From an uncultured Clostridia bacterium (lineage in GTDB: Bacteria > Bacillota > Dehalobacteriia > UBA4068): 64,000 nt of DNA. The stretch is from the NCBI GenBank assembly GCA_944390945.1, contig CALXRV010000054.1:2542-66541 (forward strand), read 5' to 3'. How positions within the stretch are numbered: the first letter of the stretch is position 1; each line of letters opens with the position of its first letter. Below the pieces are notes generated by a model. It made no database searches. It had not been told where the DNA came from and saw nothing but the letters and a program-made list of their open reading frames with translations. This document shows, in pieces, positions 57,812-64,000 of the stretch. The translations under genes were made by a program, and so were the position numbers.

Positions 57812-58210
57812 ATGGATACCACCAATTTGATTGTTTTCATTGTTCTGGCACTGATTGCGACAATCATTGCGGTCTTTCTCAAGGAAAGCCGGATGAAAAC
57901 CGCCTCCCTGCTGGTGATGATTGCAGCCGGCTGCCTGATCTTCCTGCGCCTGCTACCTTCGCTCTCCTTACTGTTCGATTCATTCTCTACCCTATCCGAG
58001 CGCGCTGGCGTCAGCAGCGACTATCTTTCGCTGCTGTTGAAGATCATCGGTCTTGCTTATCTGGCGGAATTCGGTGCGCAACTCTGCCGCGATGCCGGCG
58101 AGGGGGCGGCGGCGCTGAAGATCGAATTCGCTGCCAAAATCACCATTTTATTGCTGGCATTGCCGTTGATCGCAAGCGTCATCCAGGCGGTGCTGCGCTT
58201 ATTGGATTAA
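57812..58210 (+). CDS. spoIIIAD: stage III sporulation protein AD
   Basis: LLKIIGLAYLAEFGAQLCRDAGE.A.A.KIE...K. Confidence 0.95.
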   Translation: MDTTNLIVFIVLALIATIIAVFLKESRMKTASLLVMIAAGCLIFLRLLPSLSLLFDSFSTLSERAGVSSDYLSLLLKIIGLAYLAEFGAQLCRDAGEGAAALKIEFAAKITILLLALPLIASVIQAVLRLLD

Positions 58211-59373
58211 TTCTGCTGCTGCTCTTTTTTCTCTCCCCCACGGCATTGGCAGCCGAACAGCCGGCGGCCGAAAGCGCGCAGACAGAACCCGGCAGCACGG
58301 ATACTGCATCGCTGATCGATACCAGCGCGCTGGAAGGAATGCTTGCGGAAATGGATCAGCAATACGCTGATTATCTGGAGGGGTTTTCCCTTCGCGCTAT
58401 TTGGCATGAGCTGCGTACGAACGGCAACCCGCCTTCGCTTGATCAGCTGGTTGCATTATTCGCCTCGCTGTTTTTCCAGGAAGTACTGGCCAGCGGCGCC
58501 CTACTCGCACAAATCATGGCGCTTTCCCTGCTCGCTCTGCTGTTGCAGATCCTACGCGGCAGTTTTGCCAGCGGGCAGATCGCACAGCTCTCGAGCTGGG
58601 TCGTTTTTCTGCTGCTACTCGCGCTGATGACAGCGACGTTTTCCGCAGCTCTGCAGGAAGCGCGCAGCGCGCTGCAAATGATTGCCGACCTGATCTTTGT
58701 CCTGCTGCCGCTGTTGCTGCCCCTGCTGGCTGCGCTGGGCGGAGTATCTACCGTTGCCTTGATCTCGCCTGCTCTGCTCTTTGCGCTCAACCTGCTGATC
58801 ACGTTGATGAAGAATATCGTATTCCCGCTCATCTGTTTTTCTGCCCTGCTGCGGTTAGCCGGACGGCTCTCGCCACATTTTCCGATCAGCCGAATGGCAG
58901 CGCTCTGTAAAGATGCCGCACTGGGGCTGATGAGCATAGTCGCCACCCTGTTCATCACCTTTCTCAGCCTCTCCGGCATCGCTTCGGCCAGTCGCGACGG
59001 CCTGGCGATCAAAGCGGCAAAGACAGCAAGCGGCGCTTTCATTCCGGTCGTCGGACGGACGCTGGCAGATTCGCTAGACAGCGTGCTGGGCACAGTGCTT
59101 CTGCTCAAACAGGCAATCGGGATTATCGGTAGCCTGGGGCTGCTGCTGATCTGCGCACTACCAGCCATCCGCTTGCTGGCCCAGGCTATCCTTTTCCGCA
59201 TCGCAGGCGCACTGATCCAGCCGTTGGGGGACGATGCGCTCTCCGCCGCGCTGACCGATGCCGGTAACGCGCTGACCTTGCTCTTCGCCGCGCTGGCTCT
59301 TTGCGGGCTATTCGCCTTCTTTGCGCTGGCACTCGTTGTCGGTCTGGGCAGTATAACCATGATGATGCGCTGA
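58201..59373 (+). CDS. spoIIIAE: stage III sporulation protein AE (start uncertain, non-canonical)
   Basis: KAAK...GAFIPVVG..LAD, ALIQPLG; signal-like N-terminus with no in-frame ATG/GTG/TTG. Confidence 0.92.
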   Translation: MGLILLLLFFLSPTALAAEQPAAESAQTEPGSTDTASLIDTSALEGMLAEMDQQYADYLEGFSLRAIWHELRTNGNPPSLDQLVALFASLFFQEVLASGALLAQIMALSLLALLLQILRGSFASGQIAQLSSWVVFLLLLALMTATFSAALQEARSALQMIADLIFVLLPLLLPLLAALGGVSTVALISPALLFALNLLITLMKNIVFPLICFSALLRLAGRLSPHFPISRMAALCKDAALGLMSIVATLFITFLSLSGIASASRDGLAIKAAKTASGAFIPVVGRTLADSLDSVLGTVLLLKQAIGIIGSLGLLLICALPAIRLLAQAILFRIAGALIQPLGDDALSAALTDAGNALTLLFAALALCGLFAFFALALVVGLGSITMMMR

Positions 59374-59410
59374 AAGCGCGAATACCAATACAGAAAGGAG
59401 AAGGGCCAAG

Positions 59411-59977
59411 GTGGAAGTCGTCGCCGAAATCATCCGCGGCATCGCAGCATTAGTACTGCTGGCCGCATTGCTGGAGATGCTGTTGCCAGAGGGCACAACA
59501 GCCCGCTTCATCCGCGTCATCATCGGACTGGCGCTGATCGCCAGCGTTATTCTGCCCTTAGCGCAAGATCTCAAACCACAGCAGCTGGCGTCTGCACGCG
59601 AACTGGATTTGACCGGGATGGCAAAGTCGGCGGATGATGCAGAAACCACGGCGGAATATGCGGCAGAAGGCGCGGCGCTCGCCGCAACGCTGCAAGACAG
59701 CGCCATGTTGGAATATGCGACCGAACTTAACCGTCAGGCGGCGGCGCTTGCCACGCTGGCAGAAGGGATATCCACGGCAGATGCGACCGTTGTCTTTGAT
59801 GATGACGGCACATTGCGGCAGATTGAGCTCGAGCTGACAACGGAACCTGGCTGTGACCCAGAGGCAGCTGCCACTGCAGCAGTCAACCTGGTCAGCGGAT
59901 TTTATCTACTGCCGAGCGAACAGGTCGGATATGCCGTTACTTCAGCAGAAGAAACCGGAATGGAGGGATCTGAATGA
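59411..59977 (+). CDS. spoIIIAF: stage III sporulation protein AF
   Basis: LEMLLP.G...RFIR...GL.LI..VILP; SD AAAGGAG. Confidence 0.88.
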   Translation: MEVVAEIIRGIAALVLLAALLEMLLPEGTTARFIRVIIGLALIASVILPLAQDLKPQQLASARELDLTGMAKSADDAETTAEYAAEGAALAATLQDSAMLEYATELNRQAAALATLAEGISTADATVVFDDDGTLRQIELELTTEPGCDPEAAATAAVNLVSGFYLLPSEQVGYAVTSAEETGMEGSE

Positions 59978-60621
59978 CAGAAAGCCAGCCGCAAACGTGG
60001 GAGCAAGAATCGGAGCAGCAGCAACACAGCGATAAAAAACTGCATGGCTGGTGGCATCGTCTGGCGGCCAAAGAGCAAAAGCTGCTGATCCGGTTGGGCA
60101 TTTGCCTGGCGGCCGGCATCACGCTGATGTATGCCGGAAGCCTGGGGCTGGGCGCCGGCCATACATCGTCAGACGTTGCGGAACGCCAACAGCAGGAAGA
60201 ACTATCCACCACAGCAGAAAGCGAAGTGCTGGAACAGAAGCTGGCGGATATTCTCTCGCAGGTAAAAGGCGCTGGCCAGGTTAGTGTAGCCGTAGAATAT
60301 AGCGAAAGCGCTGCCGCAGTCTATGCCACAGATCGAGAGATATCCGAAGACGAGGACGGCAGCAGCCGGCAGGAGCAGGAAAGCTTGACCTTGGCTGGAG
60401 ACGCGCCGGTGCTGATCAAGCAACAGACACCGCAGCTGCGCGGCGTTCTCGTCGTAGCAAGCGGGGCTGGAGATGTCCTCGTACGCGAGCGGCTGCTTCA
60501 GGCGGTGAAAGGTTTGCTGGGGTTAGAGGCTGCCCAAATTGCGATTATTGAAGGCGAGTATGGTATGGAAAGTACGGCAAATAGCCAAAATACAGAAGGG
60601 AGCGAATCAGATGCGGTTTGA
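59974..60621 (+). CDS. spoIIIAG: stage III sporulation protein AG
   Basis: LEQKLADILSQVKGAG.V.V, P.LRGVLVVASGA. Confidence 0.92.
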   Translation: MTESQPQTWEQESEQQQHSDKKLHGWWHRLAAKEQKLLIRLGICLAAGITLMYAGSLGLGAGHTSSDVAERQQQEELSTTAESEVLEQKLADILSQVKGAGQVSVAVEYSESAAAVYATDREISEDEDGSSRQEQESLTLAGDAPVLIKQQTPQLRGVLVVASGAGDVLVRERLLQAVKGLLGLEAAQIAIIEGEYGMESTANSQNTEGSESDAV

Positions 60622-61276
60622 TTTCAAAAAACGGGGTTCGGAAGACAAAAAGAAGCGGATTGTACCCGCCAAATTGGGGCTGTTGGCTTTTCTTGCCTTC
60701 TGCCTCTGCGTACTGGCCTGGGATATTGCGCAAGGCGGAACAGATGGCGCCTTAACCGCCGAACGTCCGGCAGTCGATGTTTCGGATCTCGACCTGCCGG
60801 AGCCAGCTGTTGCCGTAAGCGCCACGGCAGGTCAGGAAGGGAACGAAAAAGAAGACGAGCAAGCAGGCGGAGAAAGCGAAGCTGCGGAAGAAGAAAAAGC
60901 GGGGGAAGCGCCGCTGACCACCGAAGATGCTGCTGCCGCCGTTTTCGCCGCCTATCGTATGGATCGGGAACAATCGCGCAGCGAAGAATTGGCCCTGCTG
61001 CAAGATGTGATCGAGGATAAAGCAAGTTCCGAAGATATCCGCCGCGAAGCAGAACAGCGCCGCCTGGATATCGCAGCTGCCATCGAGCAGGAAGCAAATG
61101 CAGAAAGCCTGCTGGACGCCAAAGGTTTTGGCGAAACTGTCGTCCTGCGCGGCACGGATCAGGCTACCGTAGTCTGTGCGATCGAGCTGGATGCAGTCAA
61201 GGCTGCCCAAATTGCCGAAATCGTTTCCACAGCATGCGAGGTAGACTTTAAAAATGTAGTTATTGTCAATAGGTGA
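60611..61276 (+). CDS. spoIIIAH: stage III sporulation protein AH
   Basis: FAAYRMDREQSRS, E.LL.AKGF...VV, QIAEIV. Confidence 0.92.
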   Translation: MRFDFKKRGSEDKKKRIVPAKLGLLAFLAFCLCVLAWDIAQGGTDGALTAERPAVDVSDLDLPEPAVAVSATAGQEGNEKEDEQAGGESEAAEEEKAGEAPLTTEDAAAAVFAAYRMDREQSRSEELALLQDVIEDKASSEDIRREAEQRRLDIAAAIEQEANAESLLDAKGFGETVVLRGTDQATVVCAIELDAVKAAQIAEIVSTACEVDFKNVVIVNR

Positions 61277-61291
61277 ATCCTCTGGTATAAT
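61263..61291 (+). promoter_or_regulatory. SigA promoter for the asp23 operon
   Basis: TTGTCA-N17-TATAAT with extended TG. Confidence 0.75.
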
Positions 61292-61355
61292 ATATCTAAT
61301 CACCTGTTCCTCATATCCTTCGGGATATGCCACAGGACAAAAGGAGGGCAATCAC

Positions 61356-61754
61356 ATGGTCGAAAGCGAAGAGAGAATCGCAGAGAGCACCGAACAAACC
61401 AGTATCGGCAGCGTCCGCATCGCATCTGACGTCGTGGCCACCATCGCCAGTCTGGCTGCAGCTGATGTTCCCGGCATCGCGGGGATGAGCGGCGGCGTAG
61501 TCGGCGGTATCGCGGAAATGCTCGGCCGCAAGAATCTGACCAAAGGTGTGAAAGTCGAGGTCAGCGAGAAAGAGACCACGATCGAAGTCTTCCTGATCGT
61601 GGAATATGGCGTCTCGATCGCCGATGTCGCCCAGCAGGTGCAGCAGAATGTCAAGAGCACCGTGGAAAGCATGACCGGGCTCAATTGCAACGCCGTCAAT
61701 ATCCATGTCCAGGGCATCGTCTTCCAGCAGCCTGCCGCACCGGTGGAAGAATAA
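61356..61754 (+). CDS. Asp23/Gls24 family protein (YqhY-like)
   Basis: G.VRIASDVVATIA, KGVKVE, VEYG, VESMTGL....VNIHVQG. Confidence 0.95.
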   Translation: MVESEERIAESTEQTSIGSVRIASDVVATIASLAAADVPGIAGMSGGVVGGIAEMLGRKNLTKGVKVEVSEKETTIEVFLIVEYGVSIADVAQQVQQNVKSTVESMTGLNCNAVNIHVQGIVFQQPAAPVEE

Positions 61755-61832
61755 ACGGCGGTAGGGCAACGGGAATGCGAACAGGGCTGCGGCTGATGCC
61801 GGAACCCTTGTTTCGCGTGAAGGGAGAGATGC

Positions 61833-62417
61833 TTGATGGCTGTATTCCGAAGAGTATTGGTCGCATTGGGCGGGCTGATTCTGCTTGCGCTCGCCGCATT
61901 GACGGCGGTTGGTCTTGTCAACCATGTCCTGGCCGCAACCATATTGGATTTTCTTGACCGCTGCTTCCTTTATAACCTGCAGCTCTGCTTCCTGGAAAGC
62001 CAGCAGCTGTGGATACCGATCCTGGCTGGCGCTGTCTTTTTGCTGCTAGCAATCGTGCTGCTGATCGCAGCTTTCAGCCGGCCTAAGCAAGTACGACAGG
62101 TGCGTGTGGAGACAGCTGACGGCAGCGGTGTGGATATCAGCCTGGAAGCGATCGATAGCGTCGTGCGTCGGGCGGCCAGCAGCGTATCCCAGGTCAAACA
62201 CCTCACCAGCCGACTGCGGGTCGCTGGCGAAGGCTTGATCATCGCACTGCATATCATGGTACCGGCCGGCACTGCAATACCAGATATCGGGATGGCGGTG
62301 CGGCGTGCAGTTGCCAGTGAATTGGAAACCATAGTTGGCCTCACGGCAAAAGAGATTCGTGTGGAAGTCGTAAATGTAGTGGACAAGCCTGAGGAGGGAA
62401 CGCGGAGTGGAACCTGA
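61833..62417 (+). CDS. amaP: alkaline shock response membrane anchor AmaP
   Basis: Two TMs followed by V.IS.EAI..VV; asp23-amaP-DUF2273-nusB synteny. Confidence 0.82.
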   Translation: MMAVFRRVLVALGGLILLALAALTAVGLVNHVLAATILDFLDRCFLYNLQLCFLESQQLWIPILAGAVFLLLAIVLLIAAFSRPKQVRQVRVETADGSGVDISLEAIDSVVRRAASSVSQVKHLTSRLRVAGEGLIIALHIMVPAGTAIPDIGMAVRRAVASELETIVGLTAKEIRVEVVNVVDKPEEGTRSGT

Positions 62418-62628
62418 TAAAACGCTGCTGGAAATCTGGCACAAATACAAATGGACGATATTGCTGGCCTTTTTTGGCTTAATCTTCGCGGTCTGCGTTA
62501 TCACTTATGGCTTTTTCAAGTCTCTGTTCCTTTTCCTCTGCATCGCCGCCGGCATTTTTATCGGCCTGCAGATTGACAAAAAAACAGCAAAGAAGCGGCA
62601 ATCGGAGGATATTTATTACCATGAATAA
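62407..62628 (+). CDS. DUF2273 small membrane protein
   Basis: GL.F......YGFFKSLF......G..IG...D. Confidence 0.85.
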   Translation: MEPDKTLLEIWHKYKWTILLAFFGLIFAVCVITYGFFKSLFLFLCIAAGIFIGLQIDKKTAKKRQSEDIYYHE

Positions 62629-63361
62629 GAACGACCGGCGCTCTGCCGGTTGGAAAGCTGCGGCCGGCGACAAAACAAGAGAGCGAATGGCCGGGCCGCG
62701 CATGAGAGACAAAAAAGAAGAGCAGAAAAAAGAAGAATGGGAGATCGCCCTGGCCGAAGTCGATCTACCAGAGCCGGCGGAAGGTGGCAAAATCATCACC
62801 TTTTCCCTGCCCGTCACAGAAGAAAAACCGGTCAAGCCGCGCGTGATGAAGAAAGCGCCGGAGACAGCTGCCGAATCGACAACAAAGGATTTCACCGCTT
62901 ACAACCGCGAAGATTACGCTGGTTTATCCGACTCGCCACGCCGCCGCGCACGAGAAGCAGCTCTGCTGCTGTTATTTTCCGCTACGAGCGGCGGTGATTG
63001 GAACACGGCTGAAAATATCCTGCAAGATACCGCTGTTTCCGGGGAAAATAGAACATTCGCCCTCGACCTGGCGCAGACGGCCTACCAGGAGCTGACGGAA
63101 AACGACCAACTGCTGGCACGTTATGCGCGGGATTGGGATGTAGAACGTTTTTCCAGCGTGGACCGTTGCATCCTGCGGCTGGCGCTTGCCGAGCTGCGGC
63201 GCGAGAACCCCGAAGATCATACGATTGTGATCAACGAAGCGATTGAGCTGGGCAAAAAATTTGGCTCAGAAGAAAGCGGCGCTTTTATCAACGCCATGCT
63301 GGATAATATCGCGCGGCAGGAATTTTCTGTACAAAACGCCACACCCAGGACGGATATCTGA
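62621..63361 (+). CDS. nusB: transcription antitermination factor NusB with N-terminal extension (start uncertain)
   Basis: RRRAREAA, W...R...VDR.ILRLA..E, VINEAIELGKKFG, FINAMLD. Confidence 0.92.
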   Translation: MNKNDRRSAGWKAAAGDKTRERMAGPRMRDKKEEQKKEEWEIALAEVDLPEPAEGGKIITFSLPVTEEKPVKPRVMKKAPETAAESTTKDFTAYNREDYAGLSDSPRRRAREAALLLLFSATSGGDWNTAENILQDTAVSGENRTFALDLAQTAYQELTENDQLLARYARDWDVERFSSVDRCILRLALAELRRENPEDHTIVINEAIELGKKFGSEESGAFINAMLDNIARQEFSVQNATPRTDI

Positions 63362-63362
63362 T

Positions 63363-64000
63363 ATGGTGACGATACTCGGCATCGATACAAGTTGCTATAC
63401 GACCTCCGTTGCGCTTTGCGACGAATCTGGCCGCCTTCTGTCTGACAAAAGGCGGCTTTTACCTGTGCAGGCAGGCAGTTGCGGTCTGCGCCAGAGTGAG
63501 GCTTTATTTCTGCATGTGCAGCAGCTCTCTCCGCTGCTGCAGGCAGCGTTCGCCGAAACCACTGGTCAGCCGGCAGCGGTCGCAGTATCTGCCCGGCCCC
63601 GGCCCATAGCAGATTCTTATTTGCCGGTATTCCGCGCCGGGTTATGCGTAGCGGAAAGCATCGCCAGCGCGCTGCGCATCCCGTGTTACTTTACCAGTCA
63701 TCAGGAAGGGCATCTTGCTGCAGCCCTTTATTCGCTTTCCGCCAACTGGCAGCAGCCTTTTTTGGCCCTGCATCTTTCCGGCGGAACGGGAGAACTGCTG
63801 CACGTCGTTCCACAGCCAGCCGGATACCAGGTAGAGATCATCGGCGATACAGATTTGCCCCCCGGCCAGTTTATCGACCGTGTTGGCGTTGCGCTTGGCC
63901 TGCCCTTCCCTGCCGGACCACATCTGGAAAAACTGACAGAGGAAGCAGCAGGCACTTCCTTCCGGCTTAGCGGCTCGGTAAAGGATCTGCATATCTCCTT
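63363..64000 (+). CDS. TsaD/Kae1-like paralogue (truncated by window)
   Basis: Not in the ORF track. MVTILGIDTSCYTTS...GLRQSEALF.H...SYLPVF..G...SHQEGH...HLSGGT.E...GQFIDRVG. Confidence 0.9.
   Translation, partial: MVTILGIDTSCYTTSVALCDESGRLLSDKRRLLPVQAGSCGLRQSEALFLHVQQLSPLLQAAFAETTGQPAAVAVSARPRPIADSYLPVFRAGLCVAESIASALRIPCYFTSHQEGHLAAALYSLSANWQQPFLALHLSGGTGELLHVVPQPAGYQVEIIGDTDLPPGQFIDRVGVALGLPFPAGPHLEKLTEEAAGTSFRLSGSVKDLHIS

Noticed and set aside
57688-58200. 5' extension of the 561-aa ORF as a genuine overlapping gene
   Set aside because: It overlaps spoIIIAC/AD in another frame and is not protein-like.
1-64000. CRISPR array, prophage, IS, integrase, tRNA/rRNA, defence system, intein
   Set aside because: No regular repeat-spacer pattern, mobile-element or defence motif, or oversized core gene was seen by eye; nearly all sequence is accounted for by housekeeping and sporulation genes.

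Overview
This window is core chromosome from a spore-forming, moderately GC-rich clostridial Bacillota; a Peptococcaceae-like placement is my inference. I see no phage, IS, integrase, CRISPR array, tRNA or rRNA, and no convincing new multi-gene system. Contents in order: metK(partial)-coaBC-rpoZ-gmk-remA-mIHF-yicC on the minus strand, divergent rqcH and an alanine/glycine symporter. Next is a minus-strand ftsQ-ftsZ-codY-rel-dtd-MBL-CBS(DarB-like) run, then an oppositely oriented hisS-aspS-anti-sigma-like-6S RNA block that splits the dcw cluster (mraZ..murB). This is followed by a TPR protein, PerR-like and YlbF-like regulators, a LysM protein and gdhA. Then come dnaE, radC, a degenerate CobS homologue, PHP, dipeptidase and ymdB, followed by tagO-like, murJ, a lipoprotein, ispA, xseAB and murI. 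The window ends with a flavodoxin, the complete spoIIIAA-AH operon and asp23-amaP-DUF2273-nusB-TsaD paralogue (partial). The best leads are an actinobacterial-type IHF inside the Firmicute gmk-rpoZ operon, a CobS homologue lacking the conserved acidic motifs, clustering of codY, rel and a DarB-like gene, spoIIIAE with no canonical start codon, and an orphan anti-sigma next to 6S RNA. All family assignments come from recalled motifs; no database searches were run.
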